Part shown: positions 50,415 to 63,786 of the stretch, one piece after another | Numbering within the stretch: the stretch's first letter is position 1 | Layout of the letters: every line of letters begins with the position of its first letter | Source of the DNA: Octopus sinensis | Taxonomy: Eukaryota | NCBI RefSeq assembly: GCF_006345805.1 | Contig: NC_043005.1 | Span: 23,808,001 to 23,872,000, forward strand | DNA length: 64,000 nucleotides | Direction: 5' to 3' | Notes under the pieces: generated by a model | Database searches by the model: none | Told to the model about the DNA's origin: nothing | What the model saw: the letters and a program-made list of their open reading frames with translations, nothing else | Program-made: the position numbers and the translations under genes

Positions 50415-51140
50415 GTTTCGAGCCTCGCTACACCTGGAAGCTATAATTACCGATGAAGGATCCAGGTCGGAAATCCTCTCACGAATTGTGCAGACACCGG
50501 AAGTGCTCGCAAAATCCAGGTCAATTTGGAAAGATAGTAGGAACATTACGCTCTGTACAAAATTCAGACTGATGCGATCACTTTGAATGTCGTATCATAT
50601 CCCTTCGGCAACCGCTTTTAACCACCAAATGTTGAAGTGCATCCCTTGACCAAGTTTGCATACATCAGGTTTATAACATAAGACTTGGTAGGCAGCTCCT
50701 GGAGCAATACTCTTCGTCTGATAACCTAGACTACATACCCAAAAAGTCTCACGACTCAACCGCAACGTATTATCAGATGAAAGGACGAACCTGTATGAGC
50801 AGAAGACTATGCATGGATATGTTAGTAGAAAGCTCCGAGAGGATAGTAACATCAATCATCAAAGCAGTTTATCATGGACCTAAGATACCTGCATGGGGTG
50901 GATGTCGGTGTCTTCAAAATAAAGCTGAACCTCTTCCTGTCAGGTGTCCCAGATGAACCAACTTCGCGGCAGGAGGTGCAGATGAGGGCAACTGCATCAA
51001 AATCTCTAATGCACCAAATGTCGATTGCTAAAAAGCATTCGTGAAGTAAAATTATGTAGCAACACCAAATGGCGGTGTCCCAGCATGGCCACAGCTCGTG
51101 AGGTGAAACTAGATGAAATAAAATAAATAAATGAAATAAA
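50415..51140 (+). mobile_element. Degenerate RTE-clade LINE, 3' fragment
   Basis: LEAIITDEGSRSEILSRIVQT..VLAKSRSIWKD.RNITLCTKFRLMRSL matches the RTE post-RT region; ends CCAGCATGGCCACAGCTC..TGAAACTAG plus an A-rich tail. Confidence 0.7.
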
Positions 51141-51179
51141 AAATAAAAAAACAACAAACATCTCATTCACAGATCGCTA

Positions 51180-51545
51180 AATAAATGTACAAGAAAAAAT
51201 GTGGAAGATTAAATAATACAAAGATAAAGGAACGACATAGGCAAAGGTAAGACAAATATGCAAGAATTAACAAAAATATAAGCAGACAAACATACAATCA
51301 TGACAGAAACATTAGCAACACAATAAGGAATAGAAAAATATAAAGACAACTTGCGAAGAACAATACATCTAAGACCAAAAACTTACAGGAACGTTGTTGA
51401 AGCACATTTTTCCTTAAGGTAAACATTCTTTGTTTATTTCAGATCTATTATCATTTTTACACTTCATTTTCATTTCCAAACATTTACTTTTTCATTAGAT
51501 TGACCTATTTCTTCATTAATCCTAATAAATGAAAAATAAAATATA
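51180..51545. repeat. Unclassified AT-rich repeat; inverted copy at about 57960-58310
   Basis: For example AAACATTCTTTGTTTATTTCAGATCTATTATCATT (51421) is the reverse complement of sequence at about 58031. Confidence 0.75.
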
Positions 51546-51993
51546 ATCCTTAAAAGTTTATAGATAACGATCGTTATCTGCATTTTGTTTCCTTTTCATA
51601 TGTTTGTGGTGTATTATTGATAAGCAGGTTTTTGATTGCTTTATCTGGTATCGAGCAAATATATTTTGATATCGTTTGAAGGTCATAGCATCTTTTTCTT
51701 TGTTTTGCTTTAGGATAATATTAAATAGAGCAGGGCCTGTCGTGGAGGAGCAATTACATTGCAATGTAGTCATATGTTGTGAGTCTGATTTACGTAGGTA
51801 GAGCGTATCGTACAAGTAACCAGCCTTGGTTGAACTGTGAACTTGATGTTAAGGCTGTTTGGGGATTGCTGGTGCTATAGTATTTATATTATGCATATGA
51901 TCCAGTGCGCACGATGGCATTGGAGAGAATAGAGTATCAATGTTTTAAGGCGCTCCTAATAATTAAGATCAGTTATCACGCACAAACACACAC

Positions 51994-52030
<37 letters not shown>

Positions 52031-52736
52031 ACCACATACATACATATACACACATGTATATATTAATACAAACATATTAATATATATGTTCTATATATAT
52101 GAGAGAGAAGGATGAAAAGAAAAACAAAGGCTAACAAGAATAAGCAATTTCTTGGCTCGCACAGGTACACACACACACACACATACACACACTCACACAC
52201 TTAGTCATAGGAATCGTATATACATGCATATATGCATACATCACCTACTCGTATAGACACTGAACACACACACACACACACAGCATACTCAAATCCAGAT
52301 GAAACATGCACACGTGCGCTTCTACGCACACATACACAAACACATGCACATATACAAACACACACACATACATACACACACACACACAACACACACACAC
52401 ACACAACACACAACCACATACATACATATACACACATGTATATATTAATACAAACATATTAATATATATGTTCTATATATATGAGAGAGAAGGATGAAAA
52501 GAAAAACAAAGGCTAACAAGAATAAGCAATTTCTTGGCTCGCACAGGTACACACACACACACACATACACACACTCACACACTTAGTCATAGGAATCGTA
52601 TATACATGCATATATGCATACATCACCTACTCGTATAGACACTGAACACACACACACACACAGCATACTCAAATCCAGATGAAACATGCACACGTGCGCT
52701 TCTACGCACACATACACAAACACATGCACATATACA

Positions 52737-52760
<24 letters not shown>
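52031..52760. repeat. Essentially exact tandem duplication (period 382 bp) bounded by (CA)n
   Basis: Units start at 52031 and 52413. Confidence 0.92.
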
Positions 52761-52768
<8 letters not shown>

Positions 52769-52829
52769 GATCGAACCAATGGTCAATTGATCAATTTCTT
52801 AATTGGTAATTAGTAGGTTAGCTAGTTGA

Positions 52830-53052
52830 CTAATAATTGGTTCAAATTTTGGCCCAAGTCCAGTAATTTTTTAAGGAGTGGATAGCTGTCTATGTCGACA
52901 TCAGGACTTGACTGTTGATTTATTTAATCGATCTCAAAAGGATGAAAAACAAAGTTAACCTCGGCGGGATTTGAATTCAGAATATAAAGGACCGAAAGAA
53001 ATAGTGGTAAATATTTTATCCGACGAGCTAACGATTCTTCTAGCTCACTGCT
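52830..53052 (-). mobile_element. Old Meta-like SINE
   Basis: TTTAATCGATCTCAAAAGGATGAAAAACAAAGTTAACCTCGGCGGGATTTGAATTC. Confidence 0.7.
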
Positions 53053-53097
53053 TTAATTAGTTTCCTAATAATAATAGTAATAATAATAATAATAATG

Positions 53098-53149
<52 letters not shown>

Positions 53150-53154
53150 TAGTA

Positions 53155-53194
<40 letters not shown>

Positions 53195-53217
53195 TAATAA
53201 TAATAGTAGTAGTAGTT

Positions 53218-53310
<93 letters not shown>

Positions 53311-54358
53311 TAGCATAGCAGCAAAACACGAGCAAAACAAAAAACTGTGCTCAGTATTTAAGGAAGCTGACAAATACAAACAAGAAATCATACCACCTAA
53401 TAAACACGAAGAAGAAGAAGAAGATGATGAAACAACAAAAGCTATAAAACAAATGAAATCCAAACTAAAAATAGAACAGCAACGAACCATGATAAAACGA
53501 TGGCAAGAAAAGCCCCTTCATGGTAAATACTGCACCAAACTAAACGCAAAAGAAATAGACAAAGAAAAATCCCAGCAATGGTTGAGAAGCTCAGGACTCA
53601 AAGCAGAAACAGAGGAATTTTTAATTGCAGCACAAGACCAAAGCCTCCCCACCAGAAATTACCAAAAACATGTAATGAAAAGAAATATTACAAGTAACTG
53701 CAGAATATGTGGAGATGGACAAGAAACAATAAATCATATTATCTCTAGCTGCCCAGTCCTGGCTAAGAAGGAATATATTCACAGACATGACAGAGTTGGA
53801 ACCTACATACATTGGAAGCTATGCCAACATTATGGAATAACAACAGAAAAAAGATGGTATAGGCACACACCAGAAAAGGTCACAGAAAACGAGAAAGCAA
53901 CCATACTCTGGGATATGCCGATACACACAGATAGAGAAATTAAGGCCAACAGACCAGATATAGTTGTCAGAGATCATGAAGAAAAAAAATGCTTTCTAAT
54001 TGATGTATCAATACCGGCAGATGACAACGTGTCTCTAAAAGAAATGGAGAAACTCTCAAAATACAAAGACCTGGAAATAGAGGTAACTAGAATGTGGAAT
54101 CTGAAAACAGAAACAATTCCTATCATAGTAGGTGCATTAGGCATGATAAAAAAATATTCAAATACATAACAAAAACACCAGGACTTACAAACACATATAA
54201 CATACAGAAAATTGCACTACTAGGCACTGCACACATCCTACGCAGAACACTTTCCATACAATAACCATCAGAGCATCACAACAAATCACAGCACATACCC
54301 AAGGCACACAGAGCTGCGCTCGGTAGTGAAGTGAAAGCACGCTATAAAAATAAAACTA

Positions 54359-54361
<3 letters not shown>
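53311..54361 (+). mobile_element. 5'-truncated R4/Dong family A copy with uninterrupted CCHC + RLE reading frame
   Basis: ORF 53453-54169: AAQDQSL, CRICGDGQETINHIISSC, RHDRV, RPDIV..IDVS..EKLSKYKDL. Very similar to 24636-25680; (TAA)n on both sides. Confidence 0.93.
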
Positions 54362-54430
<69 letters not shown>

Positions 54431-54473
54431 AATAGTAATAATAATAATAATAATAATAGTAATAGTAATAGTA

Positions 54474-54526
<53 letters not shown>

Positions 54527-54528
<2 letters not shown>

Positions 54529-55224
54529 AGAGTATCTCAACAGGCACGATAGAGCTGCACAATATATTCACTGGGTAATCTGCAAAAACCTGGATTTACC
54601 ACATGAAAAAAACTGGTGGGAACACAAACCACCCCCAGTGCTTGAAAATGACCATATCTCACTTCTCTGGAACTTCACCATTCAAACTGACAGAAAGATA
54701 GATGCAAATAGGCCAGACATCATATTGAAAGACTTCAGACAAAGAACATGCCTCCTCATTGATATGACTGTCCCAATCGATATAAACGTATCTGTCAAGA
54801 CCTACCAAAAACTGAGCAAATATAAAGATCTTGAAATAGAAATCAGCAAAATGTGGAACCTGAAGACCAAAACAATACCTGTTGTCATAGGTGCCCTGGG
54901 AATGATAGCAAAAGGGGATGATAACTACCTAAATCAGATACCAGGAAACCCCCAAATGGCAGAACTTCAAAAGATAGTGCTCATGGGAACTGCTCATATC
55001 CTACGCAAAATACTTTCTATGTAATCTCAAGGTTTAAAACAAACATTTTATTTTATTTTATTTATTTATTTAATTTTTTTTTAGACATCCACCAGTACAA
55101 CACAAAAAAACAAATATATGGCACACTAGGCATAACAAAAACGTGAACTTCCAACCTGTTGTCTCTTGAGGTCTCCGGGTGAGACTTGGAGCCAACTTGT
55201 ACAAATATAAAGCAAAAGTCAAAC

Positions 55225-55226
<2 letters not shown>
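54527..55226 (+). mobile_element. 5'-truncated R4/Dong family B copy (RLE + distinct 3' UTR)
   Basis: ORF 54638-55024: LLWNFTIQTDRKIDANRPDII..LIDMTVP..KLSKYKDLEIE..VIGALG..KIVLMGTAHILRK. (TAA)n on both sides. Confidence 0.9.
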
Positions 55227-55293
<67 letters not shown>

Positions 55294-55294
<1 letters not shown>

Positions 55295-55414
55295 GCAGAA
55301 CACTTTCCATACAATAACCATCAGAGCATCACAACAAATCACAGCACATACCCAAGGCACACAGAGCTGCGCTCGGTAGTGAAGTGAAAGCACGCTATAA
55401 AAATAAAACTACTG
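55294..55414 (+). mobile_element. 121-bp 3' UTR-only copy of family A
   Basis: Matches 54241-54361; (TAA)n on both sides. Confidence 0.9.
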
Positions 55415-55437
55415 AATAATAATAATAATAATAATAA

Positions 55438-55992
55438 AAGCCCTGATGCAGTACAAGACAGTGGTTCTAATGCTTCTGATCTTAACTGATTGGAAGTGTA
55501 ATCATGTACATTGTTTTGTCTCGGTATGAAAGATGTGCTACAGCAAATATTCTGCTCAATACCACAGATTTGCTTGTGAGTTGTTTGACCGTAACCAGTT
55601 GAGCATGTCCCTTAGTGGCTGACGATACGTGCATCTCTGATCACGAGCAGAAGTAGTGGGGGAACATCATGGCCACATGTTGAGGGGGATTCTTTGGGGT
55701 TTGAATAATTCACCTCTGGAAACATGGGTGTTTCGTTCAACATCCTTAAACAACCCTTATTCAGGGACCTTTTTAGCGGGATGGGTTACTCGACCAGAAG
55801 AAAATTCTAACTGGACCCTACCTGCAAGGTCATGCGCTGTTTATCTTGATATGAGATCACAATGTCATGTACATATGGTTGTGATGCATGTGCCTGGTGT
55901 ACCTTTATCAGACGGATAGTCATGATGGGTATACTGGGCTTTGTATATTTTACCCAAGTGTCACTTTGATGGCATGCACTGCTCTCTCACTC
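55438..55992 (+). mobile_element. Non-coding (TAA)n-embedded element, family C (longer copy)
   Basis: See 28854-29314. Confidence 0.75.
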
Positions 55993-56038
<46 letters not shown>

Positions 56039-56044
56039 GTAATG

Positions 56045-56102
<58 letters not shown>

Positions 56103-56111
56103 TGATGTTGT

Positions 56112-56157
<46 letters not shown>

Positions 56158-56889
56158 GATAATCAAAGGAGGTGATTTTGCAGTTTATATTTTGATTATT
56201 GTTGAATAACATTCTCTATCCTTAATTCTTCGTTTACAATATCGTTTGATAAATTACTCTTCTTTCATCTTGGATTTCATATTTGAGTTTCTTTTTTATC
56301 TTTTACTCCATTCCACCTTATTGTAACCTCTGTCATTGTATTCTTGGCTGATTTAATTCGGCAGGATATCTGGTTGTGAATATTAAGGAATGTATGAAGA
56401 GAAACCCCAGCAAAAAAAAAAAAAAAAAAACACACAAAAAACAACAACAACCCAAAACGGAAGAAAAAACCAACAGAAACAAAAACAAAAGCAGAACAAA
56501 AAGCAAACAAAAAAAAACTGAAGCTTAAAGCGAAATTAAGGAAACAACGATGAAGCATGAAGCGAATAACGTTACTATTGGCATAAAAAAAGAATATTTC
56601 GCTTTATGACTACTGAGCTTTAATCCTGTCATCTGCACGTTATAAAAGCAGGGATGTTTAAACTTTAATAAGGATTGCTTGTTTTCTTCGATCTTTATGT
56701 TTAGTGATATTCTTTGCCCTTTATGTTTGTGTATAGCATGAATTCTTAATCTTTGGTCCTTCGTTTATCGGAATTTTTATTCATACTTGTTATTAATCTT
56801 TGACTTCATTGTTTGTTTTTCTGCTGAGATATTAGTTATTCAATTGGGTTTGTAGCCGTAGTTGTATATATTGTATTTTAATTCTGTTT

Positions 56890-57320
<431 letters not shown>

Positions 57321-59519
57321 AAACATAAACATGGCAAATGAATAAACGGTAGCTTAAAGTTAAATTTTCGGAATTGGAATAAATTAATAATGGAATAAAA
57401 ATAAACAAATCATGACTATTCATCTCAACTACCGTTCTTTCAATGTTTTCTTTTACACTTAGTTCGTCAAATATTTTGTGATATCTTCAACTGTAGTTGT
57501 TTTATTGGTTGTCTACTTTTCTTTTTCTTGTTGATAATACATGTAACAAAGCTGAAAAATTTGGATTATGAAAGGAAAGAAATGAAGAAAATAAAGAATA
57601 TCAACTTTTCTGAACGCATGATTTAAATTACATCTTGTGTATGTATTGATATCGGTAGTAACAGCGGCGTTGGTAGTGGTGGGAAATACACAGTATACAA
57701 CTGGATTTGTTCTATCTTAAAGTGCTTATTCTTTGTTCTTCATGTGCAGTTAATGTTTCTAAACAATTGTTTATGTTATTAGTTTGTGATAATGGTTCTT
57801 GTATTTGTATTAATTTTTTGTAGACTTTGGACGACCTGTTTGGTAATATTCTCAGTACCTTCTACTATGATTGTATTGTTGTTTTATTTTGGCAATTAGT
57901 CTTTTTATTATTTATAATTGATTATTCCTGTTTTAAGGAGCATTTATTCTTCGTCTGTAAACGCTAATGATCATGAAATAGGGCAGCCTAATGAAAAAGT
58001 GGAAGTTTGGAAATGGAACTGAAGTACAACAATGATAATAGATCTGAAATAAACAAAGAATGTTTACCGTAATGAAAAATTTGTTTCAACAACGTTCCTG
58101 CCAGTTCTTGGTCTTAGATGTATTGTTCGTTACACTTATTGTTCTTCACACTTTTACTTATTATTTGTTATTGTGTTGCTAATGTTTCTGTCATAATTAT
58201 ATGTTTGGCTGCTTATATTTTGATTAATTCTTGCATATTCGTCTTATCTTTGTTTATGATATTCCTTTATCTTTGTTTGTATTATTTAGTCTTTCATTTT
58301 TTCCTTGTATTTTGATTCAACGATCTGTGAATGAAGTGTTCGTTGTGCATACTTTATTTTAATTTTTTAGTACAAGCGTTGAAAAAATATAGATATGCCG
58401 ACTCAGAAGTGAAACTATAAAAAATAAAAAAAAAACGAAATAATATATGGAAACAATGATGACATTTTAAAAGTTATATGTTAAAAGTTATATGTAGAAG
58501 CTTTGTTTCTTCAGATACTCTTATAATGCTGGTAATTCATTTGTTTTCGTAAACTATAAATATTTATAGGCGCAGGTGTGGCTGTGTGGCAAGAAATTTG
58601 CTTCCGCTTCCGGTGGCGTTAGTGCTGTTATTACACTGCAGAAGTCGTCACGCTGGTGTACAGCTGGCGAAATACTGATTGGAAGAGAAGCTCAGCTGTA
58701 AAGTAAGACTTTAGTTAAATTATTACCAGTGGCTGATTGGATCGGGTCAAAAGTTATTTTGATCCTGTGGATCCAATCAGAAAAGGAGTTGGTCGAGGAG
58801 GTGGAGGACTCCTCAAAGAAGGGCCGCAAGAGGAAGAAGGTGAGCAACAATGGGTGCTCACCGAAGGATCCTAGGAATGAGAGAGGGGAAGCGGATGACC
58901 AGATCATTCGTCTTTAATTTCAGCTTTGTGTGATGATGTCATTCTTAATAAGTTTAGTGTTCCGATATAAATTCAGAAGCCGTGGAACAATACCGTTTCA
59001 TATTATGTATTAGTCGGTGTTGTGTCCCTCTTCACGAAGGCTGAAGCATACACAGTTGAAACGCAGTGAAAGCAAACGATGTAGATGAGGACACCACTCC
59101 AGCTAGAACATACTATATAAATTTTCCTCTCAGAAATATGGAACTAGACTAGCGTTTCATCTTTTGGAAATTGGTTCAGTATCTTTCATTTTATTACATC
59201 AACGTTTATATTTTTAGAATCTAAAATAACCAATTTACAGAAATTTTCAAGCCTACCAATACTTTCCTATATGATATTCTTCTTTAAAAAATCAAGAACA
59301 GAGGAATGATAGTCCATAAAGAATATTATATGCTCCTAGGATATGAATTTGTATGTTTAAGGTACAGTGCTGTTTGTTTCTCTTTAAATTACTTCCATTT
59401 CCCCTTGAAAGCATGAAGTTGTTGAATTTGATTTGGTCATTTAGAATCTTTGTATTCTACGTTTATGATTTGAACCCTGTTTTCTTTTGTCAGCCAATAG
59501 TTCTACAACATAGCATCGA

Positions 59520-60200
59520 CTACGAAGACTTTTCTCTTCGTTTTATCCAAACTGCAATTTTGAAGAATCGCAGAAATTATTCACATCGTTTTTAAAAAGA
59601 GCTTTCGGAAGATGATCTGAATACATTGTAAATGACTGAACTCATTGAATCCATACAAAATCTAGTAGAAAAATTAATTTATTTTACGAGAAAATGCATC
59701 CACTTTTATTAATTATTCTCCTTATCAACTCTCAACATCATTAAAATGATCATTGACATACAATACATTCATTCTTCAAGTTTTTCACATTGACATTTCA
59801 ATATGGGTCAACAGACAGATTTCAAAAAGATAACACAATTTAACACACAAAGTATTATTGAAGGGGATTTTACAAATAATCAAAGGCTTTTTCAGTGATG
59901 GACTTTTCAATGATGAGTAGATCAGGGGGAACATTTCAATAGAGTTAGTGTCATACTAGCGTATATTCGTAGTCAGAGAGGCATTGCCATAGTAAGTCCT
60001 TTGTCTTCTATAGCTGCTTTCCCACTTGCGGAGGAAAGGAGCCCATTTAGCGTTAGGCTGTCCACTCATAACATTGATGTTATGAGTGGACGGTACTTCA
60101 CGCAATTTTCAATACAAAGTAGATAATGATATGTTATCGCTCGAGTTGATGACCTTATTTAGTATGAGGTGCTTTGTTGCATCATTTCCTTACAGAAGCA
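59520..60200 (+). mobile_element. Degenerate Helitron fragment (Rep-Hel linker and start of PIF1-like helicase)
   Basis: Frameshifted LRFIQTAIL..ELSEDDL, GGTF..VILAYIRSQRGIAIV..SIAAFPL.GGR.AH.AL..PL, resembling helicase motifs I and Ia. Confidence 0.55.
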
Positions 60201-60379
60201 TCTGTATTGGCTAATTTCGTTTAACTATCATTGTTTACCAAATCCATTTGTATGCAACAGATTCTTACAAAATACATAAAACATATATTTTGTATTTTCG
60301 TAGTAGATCTTTGCAGTTTGTTTGGAGTAATCATTTCTTTTCGTGATATACCAATATCCACTCTGATTGATGTCAATAC

Positions 60380-61050
60380 AGGCTACCACAAGCTTACCAA
60401 TCCTAGTAGCTATCATTATAGACTAACACCTTCCTGCTAATCTAGTATTTATGTTGATCAAAGATCATCACTAACACACCAATTCTTGTAACTATACTTA
60501 CATATCACTACTAACCTAGTACTTTTAGTAGAATAACTGTTGGGGTACACACCACCATCAACTAACCAATTACACTCCCTGTTCTTTCCTACCAAAACTG
60601 AATTATCTAATCTACTTTTGCACACCATCATTAGTAACACTTACAATACTACTCTTTTATACAACCACAAATCTACTAATTCTAGTAACTGTCATTACAT
60701 ACCATCACTAACCCTAACAACTCCACTGACTATTCGCATATATAATCACTGACTTAACAATTCAAGTAGCTATTTTTAGATACCATCATAAACCCACCAA
60801 TTCTAGTCACTATATCTACATCCCTCACTAAGCTGCCAGTTCTAGTCACTGTCAATTACATACGATTATATACGGTCAATAGTCTATTCATTCTAGTCAC
60901 CGTCCACTGTCCGTGCATAGAGATATTGAGTGACCAAGTCAATCTTTACACACTATCATTACTATCAGCTACAATACTATTCTTACGTTCCACCGCTTCC
61001 TACCAATTCTACTTACTATCCTTACAGAACCCCACTGGCCCACCAGTTCT
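60380..61050 (+). repeat. Degenerate minisatellite, about 37-40 bp unit (core CTACCAATTCTAGT.ACT)
   Basis: The ACCAATTCTAGT-like core recurs many times; related tracts at about 20170-20480 (reverse) and possibly 18780-19010. Confidence 0.6.
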
Positions 61051-61087
61051 GGCGAGTACCCTTCTTTAGCTTTAGTAAATTTTAGGG

Positions 61088-61228
61088 TGGTAAGACTTTT
61101 GCCTCCTAACTACATAGTTCGGAGTTCAATCCCACTGCGTAGCACCTTGGGCAAGTGGCTTTCACCACAGCTCTGACCGACTAAAGCCTTGCGAACGAAT
61201 TGGTAGATGGAAACAGTAAGTCTGTTTT
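61088..61228 (+). mobile_element. Diverged CORE-like SINE, 5' half
   Basis: GGAGTTCAATCCCACTGCGTAGCACCTTGGGCAAGTG. Confidence 0.7.
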
Positions 61229-61914
61229 GTATGTGTATGAGTATATACATGCATACATACATACATACACACACACACGCACACACACGCACACACACAC
61301 ATATGGCAAATGAAAGACGGACGATGGAATATATTATTAATTTATTATTAATAATATTAATAATATTTATTATTAATCACGATAATTGTTTCGACATATC
61401 AGTTGTTGAGTGTCCCACCCAAGAGGAATCAATACTAGATAAGTCGAAACAACTGTCGTGATTAACAATAAATTCTCGTATATTCCATCTTCCGTCTTTC
61501 ATTTGCCACATACCTAACGATTACTGTGAAAGTGACCGTACTTTACCAGTAAGTTACCATTCGTTTTATTATACATATTATACATATATATATAAAATTA
61601 ACATCTAATGTAGGATAAAATTTTTCGAAAAGAATTATATATATATATACATTTGGGCCGCCGGCTACAAAACCGGTAACCCCACAGAGCATCCTCAGTG
61701 AAGAGGGTGTTGATTTTATTTGGACACCCTGCAGGACGAACAAAACTCGACTTAACGCACATTCTATTGCATCACCCAATAAATTAATAACATAACATAT
61801 ACCTTCACACAATCGATACCCAATATTATATTATCAAAACACACAACTTACACACTTTCCAAGCAATAGTATAACATACTTTACAAAGCGTATACTTTAT
61901 CCAATTAAAGGATA

Positions 61915-62205
61915 AAAACCTTCTTCGGTCATGAATGACCTTGGGATTGCATCTCGAAAGTTACCCTCCGAGGCACAAGTCCGAGAAATGTTGTTTATGG
62001 AAGACCTACAGTCGCCCATGCATACCAGCCTCCCCTCTCCACGCTGTCAGTGTTGTCCAAAGGAAAGGAAAAGACCGATACAATTTCGTACCAGTGACGA
62101 CGCAACTGGAGCAACGTGAAATAAAGTGTCTTACTCAAGAACACGACACACAACCTGGTCCGGGATTGATTGTGAGCCCGATGCTCTAACCATTGAGGCC
62201 ATTAC
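61915..62205 (-). mobile_element. tRNA-derived SINE of a further family
   Basis: Minus-strand head TGGCCTCAATGGTTAGAGCATCGGGCTCA; shares TTGAG.AAGACACTTTATTTCACGTTGCTCCAG with the 44510 family but has a different tail. Confidence 0.65.
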
Positions 62206-62739
62206 TGTCAAACATTTAAAACACATAACAACCTTCATACAACACATACTAAACAAAAAAGGTCACCGAACAGTATACGACAACTCATTTTCCACATATT
62301 CTGCACGAGACACGGAACACAACAATAAAGCCAAAAATGGTCAATTAAGTCCCATTGCAAAGCAAAAGCGATGAAATGTACCAACACAATTCTATGTTCT
62401 TATAAGACAATGCTCCACACACGCCAGAAATACGGTAGTGAAAACTGTAGGGCAACAGTCTATCATATAAATCTGTTGAACACGCGGTGATGATATAACT
62501 ACAATGATGCAAGGCTTCAGATTTATAGGGTGGGATATTGGCGATTTAATCGACACCAATTCTGGAGTAGCACTTATTTAATTAACTTTCCATGGAAAGT
62601 TCATCACAGGAATTTGAGCGGTGCTATAAAACTTAGTTACAATATAAAGCTTTATAGCTATCAAGATAGAATTTATGACTGGTAAATGAGATAGGGTCAC
62701 CTTAAAAAGTGATAGGTTAACCAAGACAGAAAACATCTG

Positions 62740-63048
62740 AAAGTGGTATCAGTTTGATGCAAAAGAAACTGGGAGCAGATATATGCGGATCAACAAATGC
62801 AAACAAATCCAGTGTAGCAGAGAGAAAGAACTAACCCTAGAGGAATATACGCAGGAGACTAGATTGATCCTAAAAATAGAACTTAGCTTTAAAAAATAAG
62901 AGGGAAGAATTTCGTATTTAGCAGTGTCGCAACGGGCTACTATACCATCAAGTTATCGGGAGTATGCAAGAGAGGAAAATGTTGACGCAAAATAAACAGA
63001 AACACTATGAAAATTGAGACAATATTGCATAGAAGCTGACAGACATCG
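62740..63048 (+). mobile_element. Very degenerate R4/Dong-like RT fragment
   Basis: EY..RLRLILK.EL..K.K and LH..AD.DR-like remnants across frameshifts. Confidence 0.5.
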
Positions 63049-63050
63049 TA

Positions 63051-63460
63051 TTGGGCTGGACACAAAATCTGTGTTTAAGCAAAAATAAGACATGTTTTAA
63101 ACAAAAAAGCAATTTATTCAATCACTGATATAATTACTGTTTCGTTTCAGTAATTTCTGCTATCTCTTGGGCAGATACATCGTTCCCTGATCAAAGAACT
63201 TCCTGTCTCTTTTGGTGGTAGAGTCTTCCAGGCGAATTTTTACATTCTCTTCAGAGTTGAAGATTCGTGCATTCAATGAATTTTGAAGAGACCGAAACAA
63301 ATAGAAATCTGAAGGCGTGAGTTTGGGCGAATATGGAGGGCACAGCAAAACTTTCCAATCAAGCGCCAGTAACTTCTGTCGCGTCTGCAATGTGGTGTAC
63401 GGTTTGGCATTGTCGAAATGAAAGACAACGCCCTTACGATTAGGAAGTGCTACTCGACTC
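63051..63460 (-). mobile_element. Mariner (DD34D) 3' fragment with one TIR
   Basis: PNRKGVVFHFDNAKPYT...PPYSPKLTPSDFYLFRSLQNSL; TA|TTGGGCTGG terminus at 63049-63059. Confidence 0.85.
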
Positions 63461-63786
63461 CAAAAAGGTAGACACTTTACTACAAAAAGTGAGACACTGT
63501 ACACACCTTTAAATTATAGGAAAAATGCATTTGACGGACTTCTAATCAGTTTCTCTCGCGGAGCTGGGGCGGACTTGAATTTCTGGTAAAGGCATGTGCC
63601 TAAAATTCCAAGTAGAAAGATCGAACTCAGCACATTGTGGTTGAAAAACAAACTCTTTCACATTCAGCAATGCCTTTGTGTCTTGGTGCGTGTGGATGGA
63701 TGGATACATACATACATACATACATACATACATACATACATACATTCGTACATACATACATACATACATACATACATACATACATA

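Noticed and set aside
51070-51140. RTE 3' end as the donor of the CORE-like SINE tail
   Set aside because: Plausible from memory of the SINE consensus, but in-window SINE copies lack the relevant segment, so it cannot be shown here.
60380-61050. CRISPR-like repeat-spacer pattern
   Set aside because: Repeats are too degenerate and irregular, there are no cas genes, and the context is eukaryotic; treated as a minisatellite.
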